Below, piece after piece: positions 25,524 to 34,488 of a DNA stretch of 49,230 nt. The DNA is from Candidatus Woesearchaeota archaeon. Its GTDB lineage: Archaea; Nanobdellota; Nanobdellia; Woesearchaeales; WJKL01. Within the stretch, counting starts at the first letter, position 1. Every line of letters begins with the position of its first letter. The notes under the pieces were generated by a model. The model saw only the letters and a program-made list of their open reading frames with translations. It searched no databases and was not told the origin of the DNA. The translations under genes and the position numbers were made by a program. The stretch covers positions 1 to 49,230 of the forward strand of contig JAAOYC010000036.1 in NCBI GenBank assembly GCA_018221125.1, given 5' to 3'.

Positions 25524-26328
25524 GTCTTTTCTCTTCTAAATTTCCGACAACTATTAATGGAATTCCTTTTCTAATGATTAAATTATCACCTAATCCAAGA
25601 TCATAAGTCAGATGAGGACCATCTATGTATAGTTTTCCTTGTCTTGTCAAAGATTTTAGTTCTAATTTATCTGCAAACTGTGGTTTTTCTCCTCTTTTTT
25701 CTTTTACTAGATATTGGATTTCTGCTGAATCAAGAGGCATCAATATTCCTTTATTTTGATACATCCTTGCAGATGAGCCGGCTGCTGTGCATGCCAGTAT
25801 TCCACAATCTAGATGTTTTTCACCATCTAATACATATAGAGTGGGGGCTCCTGGATTTGAATGAGCTATTAAAACATCATTAAGCACTGGCTCTGGAATT
25901 GTTTCTCTATTAAGCAAAAGTTCTAATCTATGCAATCTAGTTCTTGGAGCATCAAACATATCTATAAAATTATCAGTATTAGCGCAGCAATAAAATCCTT
26001 TGCTATCTTCTGGGTCTGAGTTTACTCCAAGTATTGGAGTGTCTTTAACATAATGAGAAACTTCTAAGAATGTTCCATCTCCACCAACAGAAATAACCAA
26101 ATCTTTATCAGTTATTTCAGTCAAATCTCCCCTGTAGATAATATTATAATTTAAGTCTAATTTATCTAATCCATCAACAACCTTTTCCAATGATTTTTTC
26201 TGTATTTCATGGCTTTTCTTTATTGCTTCTGCATCAGGGTCATTGCTTTGGATAAACTTAACAGTATCTTCATGACTTCCGTATAATTCAAATGTGCTTT
26301 TTTTATACACAACTAGTATGTTTTTCAT
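25516..26328 (-). CDS. nadK: NAD kinase
   Basis: DLVISVGGDGTFLEVSHYV and TPILGVNS motifs; 270 aa. Confidence 0.85.
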   Translation of the reverse strand: MKNILVVYKKSTFELYGSHEDTVKFIQSNDPDAEAIKKSHEIQKKSLEKVVDGLDKLDLNYNIIYRGDLTEITDKDLVISVGGDGTFLEVSHYVKDTPILGVNSDPEDSKGFYCCANTDNFIDMFDAPRTRLHRLELLLNRETIPEPVLNDVLIAHSNPGAPTLYVLDGEKHLDCGILACTAAGSSARMYQNKGILMPLDSAEIQYLVKEKRGEKPQFADKLELKSLTRQGKLYIDGPHLTYDLGLGDNLIIRKGIPLIVVGNLEEKRLI

Positions 26329-26903
26329 GTTCCCATAACATTGCGCTTTTCTGTTTCAATACATTCAGAGTATTTATATCCCTTAGCAATAGCTTCTAAT
26401 CCAAATTCTTTTATAAACCTTTTATCAAGATTGTTCTGTTTTATATAGTCTGCAACTGGCAGGGGAACTAAAGATTCCCAATCTTCATCATTTGCCATCT
26501 TGTATCTTACTTCTGTTGCAGTTATTCTTGTCTGCCTTCCAGGAAGTATTAATGAGTTTGGGCGGATAATATCATAGCTGCCTTTAAGCAGGTGATTAAC
26601 ATATTCATTTCCTGAAACAAAGCAGTCCAAAGTGCCATAATGTTCTATAATATAATCAGTCCATTTTTCTTCATCGCAAAAATCAGGGATATAGATTATT
26701 TTGTAATTATCATATTTCGGAGCTAAAATAGCGTCAATCATATCTTTTGTTTCTTCTGCTGTGAATGAATTCCTGGCATTGTATTCATTGCAGCTGCCTA
26801 TTCCTATTGTGACATGCTCTGCCTGCTCGCAGATTGATTCAAGCAGTGCTGCTCCTCCTTTATGCAATGGCTTGAATCTTCCTATGATTCCTGCTTTTTT
26901 CAT
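26325..26903 (-). CDS. nadM: archaeal-type nicotinamide-nucleotide adenylyltransferase-like protein (NadM-like) with variant HKGG motif
   Basis: GIIGRFKPLHKGGAALLE...HVTIGIGSCNEYNARNSFTAEETKDMI; ATG at 26903 overlaps the upstream stop as ATGA with GGAGGT Shine-Dalgarno. Confidence 0.7.
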   Translation of the reverse strand: MKKAGIIGRFKPLHKGGAALLESICEQAEHVTIGIGSCNEYNARNSFTAEETKDMIDAILAPKYDNYKIIYIPDFCDEEKWTDYIIEHYGTLDCFVSGNEYVNHLLKGSYDIIRPNSLILPGRQTRITATEVRYKMANDEDWESLVPLPVADYIKQNNLDKRFIKEFGLEAIAKGYKYSECIETEKRNVMGT

Positions 26904-27904
26904 CCTAACCTCCATATTTTTTCAGCTATGTCTTGTATTTTTTTCTTATCTTCAATAACTTCAACCCAGTCTTTTGGAAATATCAATCCATTTTTTGCTC
27001 CGCATAATGCTCCATAGATTGCCCCTGTTGTATCGCAATCTCCTCCATAGTTTACTGTTTCTAACAGGCCTTCTATTGGATTATCCCAATATTTTTGAAA
27101 CATAAACAAGGTAAATGGAGGTGATTCAAATGCTAAAGATGTAGTTTTAAGATGATTATATGCTAATTCACATTCAGCTTCGGCATTATCTTTAATCCAT
27201 TTTAAGCGAGATTGGAGATTACCTTTTTCATATAATGTAGCATCTTTATCTAATGGTTCTTCCTGTTTTATACACACTTCTATGATTGAATCAAGGAACT
27301 CTCTTTTTGATGGATTTTGAAGTAAAGTATAGATGGCATGTGCTTGTACTATCCCGCTAGCTATTGCTCTTTTATCTAGGTGTGTTGCCCTTGCTATTAA
27401 TCCTGCAAATTCCAAGCCTTTTTCGTAATCCTTTGCATCCATATAAAGTCCTATTGGAGACATTTTCATGGCAGGACCATTGCCTAATCCTGGCTTGACT
27501 CCTGATTCTAAAGGAGAAATTCCTTTTTCTAGGTTATTAAATGCCATTTTGGTTGATCCACCAAATCCACCTGTGGGCCTATCTTTGTAGGCTTTTAGCT
27601 GTCTTTGGCATATGTCTTCTAGATTTAGATAACCCAAGTCAGCAATAGATTCTGCTATTGCTATTGTTAAAATCGTATCATCAGTATAACTTCCTTTTTT
27701 CATATTTTTCCAGTACCTTAGCTTTCCGAACTCATCTTTTTTAACAATCTTCCCTTGACCATCTTTAATAACAAAGGGTTCTATCGGCTCTGTTATTCTC
27801 CCTAAATATTTCTTAATTCGTTCTCTTTTCCAGCCTTCAACAGGCATGCCTATTGTATCTCCTATTGCACATCCTACTAATGTTGCTATATATTTGTCTT
27901 TCAT
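26900..27904 (-). CDS. ADP-ribosylglycohydrolase family protein (DraG/ARH-like)
   Basis: LVGCAIGDTIGMPVEG at the N-terminus and NYGGDCDTTGAIYGALCGA near the C-terminus. Confidence 0.85.
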   Translation of the reverse strand: MKDKYIATLVGCAIGDTIGMPVEGWKRERIKKYLGRITEPIEPFVIKDGQGKIVKKDEFGKLRYWKNMKKGSYTDDTILTIAIAESIADLGYLNLEDICQRQLKAYKDRPTGGFGGSTKMAFNNLEKGISPLESGVKPGLGNGPAMKMSPIGLYMDAKDYEKGLEFAGLIARATHLDKRAIASGIVQAHAIYTLLQNPSKREFLDSIIEVCIKQEEPLDKDATLYEKGNLQSRLKWIKDNAEAECELAYNHLKTTSLAFESPPFTLFMFQKYWDNPIEGLLETVNYGGDCDTTGAIYGALCGAKNGLIFPKDWVEVIEDKKKIQDIAEKIWRLG

Positions 27905-28347
27905 TTTTCATATCCTCTGAATTTTAGGTATTTTCTTAAGATATCAGCATGGTCAAATGCAAGCTGATTATTTTCAACTAATCTTATTATTTCATTGATG
28001 GTATAGACTTTTGCATCTTTTGCATCATCTCCTGCTTTTAGTTCACCATAACCTTTTGCAATATAAGTTACACTTATCATATGGTCTCTTGAGTCTCTAT
28101 CAGGGTCTGAAAATACAAATGGGGTGTCTGGATTTTCAAGGATAACTTCCAGATTTGTTTCTTCTTTTGCTTCTTTTCTTGCATTATCTTCCAGGCTTAT
28201 TCCCCATTCTGCAAATCCTCCTGGAATTGCTAATCCATATGGAGGGTTTTTTCTTTCAATCAGGACAACTCCTTTTTGGTATTCTATTATGATATCTGTT
28301 GTTGGAATTGGATTCCTGTATGTTTGTACTTCTTCTTGTTTTGGCAT
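27901..28347 (-). CDS. Nudix hydrolase (ADP-ribose pyrophosphatase-like)
   Basis: PGGFAEWGISLEDNARKEAKEETNL aligns to the Nudix box (R of REUxEE is K here). Confidence 0.75.
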   Translation of the reverse strand: MPKQEEVQTYRNPIPTTDIIIEYQKGVVLIERKNPPYGLAIPGGFAEWGISLEDNARKEAKEETNLEVILENPDTPFVFSDPDRDSRDHMISVTYIAKGYGELKAGDDAKDAKVYTINEIIRLVENNQLAFDHADILRKYLKFRGYEK

Positions 28348-28353
28348 TTTTTA

Positions 28354-29202
28354 TCACCTATATTCTAGTGTTATTTTTCCAACTGGAGGCAGCTGCCTTT
28401 TATGTTCAGTTGTTTTGTGTCTAAAATCAACATCCTGGATTATTTTTAGGTTGTATCCTGTTGCTTTTTGAATTTCTTCTTTAGTCAATCCTTGATCATA
28501 TCCATTTTGGATTATTTCTGCTTGATTGTAATTATAGCCAAGTTCTCCTTCATCTGTTTGCCCAGCCCATAAGCCTGCTGCGGGTGTTCTTTTTACTAAA
28601 TCATCTGGAACACCTAAATAAGTTGCTAGTTCTCTGACTAATCTTTTTGGAAGATTTCCTAAGATGTTATTGTCAACAGCTCCGTCCCCTCTTTTAGTGA
28701 AATATCCAAGAACATAATCCTCATCCCTGTTTCCTGTTCCCATTATTCTGAGATTATTGGCAGCGCTATACCTGCTTATGACAGTTGCCCTTATTTCTGA
28801 GTACAGGTTTCCAATATCAAAGTCTCTTTGCAGTGCTTCTGGCAATTCTTTTATGTAAGCTTCTGCCATTGGCTGGATTGGAATTACTTTTGCTTCAATA
28901 CCTAATAATTTAGCAACTCTTAACCCTTCTTTTTCATCTTTTGGATTGTTTGCTTTGGATGGCAGGATCAATCCAAGGAGTTTTAGCTGTGTTTTTCCTG
29001 GATTTTCTTTATTATATTTATCAAATGCAGATTTTGTTAGATAAGCAACTGTTGTTGAGTCAATTCCTCCTGATAATCCAATAACTCCTCCATTAGCTCC
29101 TGTTCCTGCTGTCCAATTCAGTATTTGGTCTGCTAGTTCTGCTGCTGCTTGAGCAGGACCATATTTGAATTCAGCTTTTTTTATGGTTTTTTCCAGGTTC
29201 AT
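28354..29202 (-). CDS. nadE: NAD+ synthetase (ammonia-dependent type)
   Basis: PP-loop GLSGGIDSTTVAYL; 282 aa. Confidence 0.85.
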   Translation of the reverse strand: MNLEKTIKKAEFKYGPAQAAAELADQILNWTAGTGANGGVIGLSGGIDSTTVAYLTKSAFDKYNKENPGKTQLKLLGLILPSKANNPKDEKEGLRVAKLLGIEAKVIPIQPMAEAYIKELPEALQRDFDIGNLYSEIRATVISRYSAANNLRIMGTGNRDEDYVLGYFTKRGDGAVDNNILGNLPKRLVRELATYLGVPDDLVKRTPAAGLWAGQTDEGELGYNYNQAEIIQNGYDQGLTKEEIQKATGYNLKIIQDVDFRHKTTEHKRQLPPVGKITLEYR

Positions 29203-30212
29203 TTTATCAGGCCTCCTAAATTGTCATATTTCTCAAATTTTGATAATATGCTTTTTACTTTTGCAACCCTTTGTTCTAAACTTCCTTTTAAAACTACGAA
29301 TGGAACTTTATGCTCTATCAAGTAAGCAATTGTTCTTTTTTGCATAACTTCCCTGTTAGCATCTCCTGATCTGTCCCAAGTGTCATCATAAGGAATATCA
29401 TTATCGCAGAGGAAAAATAGGTCATATCTTTGGATGCATTTTTCAGCAATCGCCTCTAATTCAGGGGCTGCTTTTCCATGATAGTATAATGAGAAGAGAT
29501 AAGTTGTTATTGCATTTGTATCTGTAAAAAGATACTTGTTTGCATTTAACAAAAGTTTATCTTCTCTTTCTATGTGGCCTTTTGCAATCTCAGTAAGCTG
29601 ATCTAAGGTCAATCGTCTTTCAATTTGATGTGTTGCCCAGTATTCTCTTCCATATTCTGGCATAAACACTGTGTTGAATTCTTTTGCCATCCTTTCTGTG
29701 ATAGTTGATTTGCCGCTTGAAGGAGCTCCCATGAAAACTATATTTGCAATCAGGTCTTTGTATACAACTGGATGCAGAAATTCCCTGTATTTGAATGGGT
29801 CTTGTCTTATCTTTGTTGCTGAGACAGGAACTTTTTGCCTGGCCATGTCAATTGTCCTGTTTTCTGCGCCCAGTGCAATTCCCATATGTTCTCCATAAGG
29901 CTCGCTTGAGTAAAATCTTGTTATATCTTTTCCTTCAAGCAGGTCAAGGATGTAATTCTCTTGTTTTTTCATTATCTCCATTGTATATCCTACTTCTTTA
30001 GGACCATCCCATGCTTCAATTATATTAACAGGAGGGTAGATTGTCTTTATCCAGCTGCATCTGACAGTTAATGGAACACTGATTATTTCAGGACAATCAT
30101 AGACAATAGCAGTTAACTCATCAACTTCTTTTAATGCAGTATCAACTACGTATTCATGTCCTTTATGAAAAGGTGCAAACTTTCCTAAAAACAACCCTTT
30201 AGCTTTGGGCAT
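29199..30212 (-). CDS. nadR: NadR-type bifunctional NMN adenylyltransferase / ribosylnicotinamide kinase (no HTH)
   Basis: GLFLGKFAPFHKGHEYVV (HxGH) plus P-loop FMGAPSSGKST; GGAGG Shine-Dalgarno precedes the ATG at 30212 (the ORF track starts at 30251). Confidence 0.8.
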   Translation of the reverse strand: MPKAKGLFLGKFAPFHKGHEYVVDTALKEVDELTAIVYDCPEIISVPLTVRCSWIKTIYPPVNIIEAWDGPKEVGYTMEIMKKQENYILDLLEGKDITRFYSSEPYGEHMGIALGAENRTIDMARQKVPVSATKIRQDPFKYREFLHPVVYKDLIANIVFMGAPSSGKSTITERMAKEFNTVFMPEYGREYWATHQIERRLTLDQLTEIAKGHIEREDKLLLNANKYLFTDTNAITTYLFSLYYHGKAAPELEAIAEKCIQRYDLFFLCDNDIPYDDTWDRSGDANREVMQKRTIAYLIEHKVPFVVLKGSLEQRVAKVKSILSKFEKYDNLGGLIK

Positions 30213-30909
30213 TTTCCAATTTCCTCCAGTTATAGTAACCATATATTGCATTTACCAGATATGCTGACCACATGACCAACATGCTGATGTCATTGCCTCC
30301 TTTCAATAGGATGTAAAACCACATGTAAACAGATACAACATCAATTGCTATCCACAATAGCCATTGCTCTGTAACTCTCTTGACCATAAGTATCATGGCA
30401 ATTACAGAGAGTACTGTTGATGCTGAGTCAACAAAAGGAAGTGTTCCTCTCAAGTACAGCAAAAACAACCCGTATCCAAAGATTCCTGCAACAGAGATGA
30501 CTGCCCAGTATATTCTTTGTTTTACATTTAGGTGCTTGATTACAACATCATCTTTTCCTTTGATTGCATTGGAATGTTTTTTCCAGTAATACAATCCAAC
30601 AAACTGCATTGGAAGGAAATATAATGCATTTAGCATAACTTCTCCAAAATACCTGCTTTGAAATGCAATGTATGCATACAATACAACATTTACAACACCA
30701 AAGTAATAGTTGCTGATCTTTCCTTTTGCAACCAACACAACACACAGCATACCTGTCAAGGATGTGACTAATCCTATGATGCTGTCTTTCCATGCAAAAA
30801 ACAGATAAATGTTGATTAGAGTGAAAGATATTAGCCAGATTCTTTCGAATAATGTCCAGTCTTTTGCATAATTCCTTACACTGTCTCCCCATCTTTTTGT
30901 TGGAATCAT
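30199..30909 (-). CDS. pnuC: nicotinamide riboside transporter PnuC
   Basis: 236 aa, about 7 hydrophobic helices, Trp-rich (WLISF, YYWKKH, WLLWIAIDVVSVYMW), adjacent to nadR as is classic. Confidence 0.8.
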   Translation of the reverse strand: MIPTKRWGDSVRNYAKDWTLFERIWLISFTLINIYLFFAWKDSIIGLVTSLTGMLCVVLVAKGKISNYYFGVVNVVLYAYIAFQSRYFGEVMLNALYFLPMQFVGLYYWKKHSNAIKGKDDVVIKHLNVKQRIYWAVISVAGIFGYGLFLLYLRGTLPFVDSASTVLSVIAMILMVKRVTEQWLLWIAIDVVSVYMWFYILLKGGNDISMLVMWSAYLVNAIYGYYNWRKLENAQS

Positions 30910-31580
30910 TTTAGGATATCCTCCAAAGTTGTGAAGATAGCTCCTGCTTGTTTCATCTCTTTTATTGCTAGTTCTGCATCTTCTGGATCTAGATTAACTG
31001 CTGCAATTGCATCTTCTAGAACATAACATTGGATTCCTCTTTCCTGCATTCCAACAACAGCTGCCTTAACACAATAATCTGTTGCAACTCCATAGACAAT
31101 TGCTTCTTTTACTCCCATTTGTTTTAACAAAGGTTCAACTGCAGGATTTGTAAAGACATCATAATGTTGTTTTTCAAATACAATATCTCCTTCACCATCT
31201 GCAATCTCTGCTAACTCTGCTGTTGTATATCTTCTGAAGTTATCTCCTTCAGCTATTTTATTTTCAACAACATATGCTTCATTATTTCTTATTTCTGGGA
31301 TAAAATCAATTCCAAATGTTCCATCTGCATTTTTTTGTCCATATTGCTTATCCATGCAGTGTTCTGGAAATGGTCCTCCATTTGCTAAGAGTTCTGTATC
31401 ATCTTTGAAATGTCTATCTCTACTTGCAGCTTTTCTGATGCCTGCTTTTTCTACTTTTTCTTCAGTTTTGTCAATTTCTGCTTTAATTTCTTCTGCACCA
31501 GGTACATACAGTCTTCCATCTTTTTCCCTCATAAAGTCCCCTTCTGGGTCAACTCTATAAGCAATAAGTTCGTTTGTCAT
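30906..31580 (-). CDS. pncA: nicotinamidase / isochorismatase-family cysteine hydrolase
   Basis: VYGVATDYCVKAAVVG catalytic-Cys motif; NAD-operon context. Confidence 0.8.
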   Translation of the reverse strand: MTNELIAYRVDPEGDFMREKDGRLYVPGAEEIKAEIDKTEEKVEKAGIRKAASRDRHFKDDTELLANGGPFPEHCMDKQYGQKNADGTFGIDFIPEIRNNEAYVVENKIAEGDNFRRYTTAELAEIADGEGDIVFEKQHYDVFTNPAVEPLLKQMGVKEAIVYGVATDYCVKAAVVGMQERGIQCYVLEDAIAAVNLDPEDAELAIKEMKQAGAIFTTLEDILK

Positions 31581-31581
31581 T

Positions 31582-32583
31582 TTATTTACCTCCTAAGTAT
31601 TTTTCAAATCTTTGTTCAGCTCTTGCTTGATCCCATTTGCCATCCCACAATGGATTCCAGCTGACATAATCATAAAGATCATAGACCTTGCTGAAATCCT
31701 GCCCCATATCTTTATAATCAATGATTATGTTGGTTGCAATATAGACTCCACTCTCTTTGAGCTGCCTTGCGATTGCGATTGTTTCTAATGTATCTCCAAC
31801 ATTCCTATTCATGTTTCTCAATACTTCTGGAGTATCGCTCTGTATTGGTGAATGATAAACTTTGATCAGTCCTTGTTCAGCAGTTTCTATCAATTCATCT
31901 TTACATCTTACTGTGATAGACGGCTCAACATTCCTTATAGAGAATGGTTTGCCATGTTTTTGTGCAATTGCACACCATTCCTTAACTTGTTTTTCTGTTG
32001 GGCTGTCTGCAATTAACAGGATATCATCAAAAGCCAGGAATTCTTCTTCTAACCTTGCTGCATCATAAGCTTCAAAATCTCCTCTTGTAACTCTAATTGT
32101 ACAATATGTGCATTTGTTTGGACAACCTTTTCCAATTCTAAGAGGGTACATATTTCTAAACAAATGACCTTGTTCAAATTCATCTCCTCCTTCAGCAAAA
32201 TCATCAATCCAAAATGGTTTTTCAAAATGAACTAATGTCAAATCTTCAAGGAATTGATAATTTTCTCTTGGAGTATCTAATCTTTGCACTAATTCTGGCA
32301 TTGGAATGTCTTCTCTTTTTGAAAGACAACCACTTATGAAATATTCCTTACCCGGATTTTCTTGCTGAAGCGCCTCCATAGTCTTAAAATCATTAAGGAT
32401 AGCAAGATCTGTAACCTGGCATGAAAGTACAACGAGATTATCTGCCTCTACAGGATCAAGGGTTGTCTTTTCTTTGTGCTTGTTTGCCCAACTCAATGCA
32501 TCTGCCCAGACAGACATACAGGCTGCGCTTGTCATATACACTTTTCCTTCCAGTGAATCTGCATCTTTCATTTTAACCTCCAT
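31582..32583 (-). CDS. radical SAM protein, methylthiotransferase-like but without a TRAM domain
   Basis: GKGCPNKCTYCTIRVTRG (CxxxCxxC); three spaced N-terminal Cys (AACMS, LSCQV, SGCL) like the UPF0004 domain; start overlaps the pncB stop (TAATG). Confidence 0.75.
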   Translation of the reverse strand: MEVKMKDADSLEGKVYMTSAACMSVWADALSWANKHKEKTTLDPVEADNLVVLSCQVTDLAILNDFKTMEALQQENPGKEYFISGCLSKREDIPMPELVQRLDTPRENYQFLEDLTLVHFEKPFWIDDFAEGGDEFEQGHLFRNMYPLRIGKGCPNKCTYCTIRVTRGDFEAYDAARLEEEFLAFDDILLIADSPTEKQVKEWCAIAQKHGKPFSIRNVEPSITVRCKDELIETAEQGLIKVYHSPIQSDTPEVLRNMNRNVGDTLETIAIARQLKESGVYIATNIIIDYKDMGQDFSKVYDLYDYVSWNPLWDGKWDQARAEQRFEKYLGGK

Positions 32584-33716
32584 TATAGTATTCTTTCCAA
32601 GTCTTGATTAACTCTTGGCGGTCTTCCAACTTTGTGGATTATGTTTTTCATCTGATAGCTATTTGGCATATTGAAATCAACAGTGTTAGCAGTTTCTCCA
32701 ACTCCGATGATGTCTGCGGTTGCAGTTCTTACATTGTCAAGGAATCCTGCTCCGATGCTGTCATAAAGCTGTTTTCTGAAATATTCCTCTCCTTTATTGA
32801 ATGCCTTGACTTTCTCTGGATTGCTGAAGCCTGAGCTTAGGACAATGCCAACTCTTTCTTCTGGGTTAAATGCGTCCATTGCTGTTCTTAAGGCATTTAC
32901 AGCATAGACATTAACTCCTGTTCCTTTCCAGTATTTTCTCTTTCCTTCAATGCCTCCTTCTGCAATGTTCTCTCCGCAGGTGTCAACTCTGACTGCGTTT
33001 AGTGCTGGCAGTTCTTTCATCAATCTTAGAGTATCTGTGATTTCTTTGTTTGCATAATCAACTAATGCTATTCTTGGGATTTTTTTGTCCATGTATTTGT
33101 CAAAAGCTTTTGTTGATTCTAAAACTCCGTTTTCTATTCCATGATAATATGCATAGATGTTTTCTAATGCATGAGGAATTGTTCCTAGTCCTTTTTTTCC
33201 AAATGGTTCTGCACCATTATCAGTTGAGCAATCTTTTGCTCCTCCTTCAAATGCTGCTTTTGTGATTGCCTGATCCATATTATAATGCCAGTGCCTTGCT
33301 CCGAAATAGAAAATTGGGCGATCTCCTGCTAATTCAACTACTTGCTCAACTTGTCTTTGGATTGCTTCAAGATCTGGCTCTTTCTTGTCATTCTCTCTTG
33401 TTATTGCAGCTGCAATCACACCTAAGTAAACTGTTTCTAATTCCATGATTTCCTGAACAGGGGCAATTATGTTCATCAAAGTATCTTTTGGCTGATAGAT
33501 TTCTCCATCTTTTTTTGCATAGATTCTGCCTCCTGCTTTGACAATATCAGAATTTTGAGTTATGATTTCAACTGCTTCATCTATTCCAGCGACTTTGCCA
33601 GGCCCTTGCCTGACAAAGACCTGCATGTTAACCCATGGATTCAGTTTGTCTGCTTTCAGTATTTCATTTGCCCTTAGGAAATATTTGTCTGCATATTTTT
33701 TCATTTTGTTTTTCAT
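32583..33716 (-). CDS. pncB: nicotinate phosphoribosyltransferase family (archaeal short type)
   Basis: KYADKYFLRANEIL...VFVRQGPGKVAGIDEAVEII and VRVDTCGE; start moved to the ATG at 33716 (AAAGGTGA Shine-Dalgarno) because the track's first 27 codons cover the operators. Confidence 0.8.
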   Translation of the reverse strand: MKNKMKKYADKYFLRANEILKADKLNPWVNMQVFVRQGPGKVAGIDEAVEIITQNSDIVKAGGRIYAKKDGEIYQPKDTLMNIIAPVQEIMELETVYLGVIAAAITRENDKKEPDLEAIQRQVEQVVELAGDRPIFYFGARHWHYNMDQAITKAAFEGGAKDCSTDNGAEPFGKKGLGTIPHALENIYAYYHGIENGVLESTKAFDKYMDKKIPRIALVDYANKEITDTLRLMKELPALNAVRVDTCGENIAEGGIEGKRKYWKGTGVNVYAVNALRTAMDAFNPEERVGIVLSSGFSNPEKVKAFNKGEEYFRKQLYDSIGAGFLDNVRTATADIIGVGETANTVDFNMPNSYQMKNIIHKVGRPPRVNQDLERIL

Positions 33717-33729
33717 CTGTTTCACCTTT

Positions 33730-33744
33730 GTGTATTTTATACAC
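33730..33744. promoter_or_regulatory. candidate NrtR operator GTGTAT-TTT-ATACAC
   Basis: 15-bp palindrome just upstream of the pncB Shine-Dalgarno; core TGTA-N5-TACA. Confidence 0.55.
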
Positions 33745-33782
33745 TTACTATAATCAAAGGAAATAAAACATTTATCTCCTTC

Positions 33783-33797
33783 GTGTATTGTATACAC
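33783..33797. promoter_or_regulatory. candidate NrtR operator GTGTAT-TGT-ATACAC
   Basis: 15-bp palindrome immediately downstream of the operon TATA; core TGTA-N5-TACA. Confidence 0.55.
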
Positions 33798-33803
33798 TTA
33801 GTA

Positions 33804-33819
33804 CTTTATAAAGATTTCG
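33804..33819 (-). promoter_or_regulatory. BRE+TATA promoter of the NAD operon (minus strand CGAAATCTTTATAAAG)
   Basis: Consensus BRE+TATA between the nrtR stop and pncB. Confidence 0.6.
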
Positions 33820-33840
33820 ATAGTGTAGTATATACATTAA
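33819..33840. promoter_or_regulatory. 22-nt box GATAGTGTAGTATATACATTAA (contains TGTA-N5-TACA)
   Basis: Near-repeat of the box at 34489-34510. Confidence 0.5.
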
Positions 33841-34488
33841 CTATTTAGCCTTTTTGAAAGAATACAGCTGAGCAGGCCTGTGTGCGCCTTCCATCTTAGT
33901 GCCTGGCATTTTTTTGAGGATATTAAGCTCTTTTAGCTTTTTCCTGAAGTTTCTTTTGTCTAGTTTCTTGTCAAGAATGATCTCATATGCATTCTGCAGC
34001 TCTGTTAATGTGAATTCTGCAGGCATTATCTGGAAAGCAATGTTGGTATTTTGTATTTCAAATCTTAAGTGAGATAAAGCATTATCTAAGATTTTTTTGT
34101 GGTCAAATGCCAGTTCTGGAAGCCTGTAAAAAGACTGCCATTTTGCCAGTTCTGCGTCTGTTGATGCATGAAGTTTTACTTTTTCTCCAGCAATTAATGC
34201 AAGGAATGGAATTGTAACAACTCTGCCTCTTGGATCTCTGCCAACATTGCCAAATGCATGAAGTTTTTTTAAGAGAATATTTTTAACACCTGTTTCTTCT
34301 TCTAATTCTCTTTTTGCTCCATGTTCCAGGTTTTCATTGATGTGAACAAAACCTCCTGGCAAAGCAAACTTTCCCTTGAAAGGAGGAATTTTTCTCTTGA
34401 TCAGAAGTATTTTTAGCTCTTTGTTTAGGATTGTAAAGACAACTGCATCTGCTGTAACATAGAACCTATCTTTCCTGAATTCTGCCAT
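33841..34488 (-). CDS. nrtR: NrtR-family regulator (Nudix domain plus C-terminal winged helix)
   Basis: PGGFVHINENLEHGAKRELEEETGV (Nudix box) and C-terminal FTLTELQNAYEIILDKKLDKRNFRKKL typical of NrtR. Confidence 0.8.
   Translation of the reverse strand: MAEFRKDRFYVTADAVVFTILNKELKILLIKRKIPPFKGKFALPGGFVHINENLEHGAKRELEEETGVKNILLKKLHAFGNVGRDPRGRVVTIPFLALIAGEKVKLHASTDAELAKWQSFYRLPELAFDHKKILDNALSHLRFEIQNTNIAFQIMPAEFTLTELQNAYEIILDKKLDKRNFRKKLKELNILKKMPGTKMEGAHRPAQLYSFKKAK

Noticed and set aside
30380-30892. ORFs 30380-30589(+) and 30548-30892(-) inside pnuC
   Set aside because: These are alternative frames of a membrane-protein gene. The 236-aa frame gives the PnuC-like helix pattern and fits the operon overlaps.
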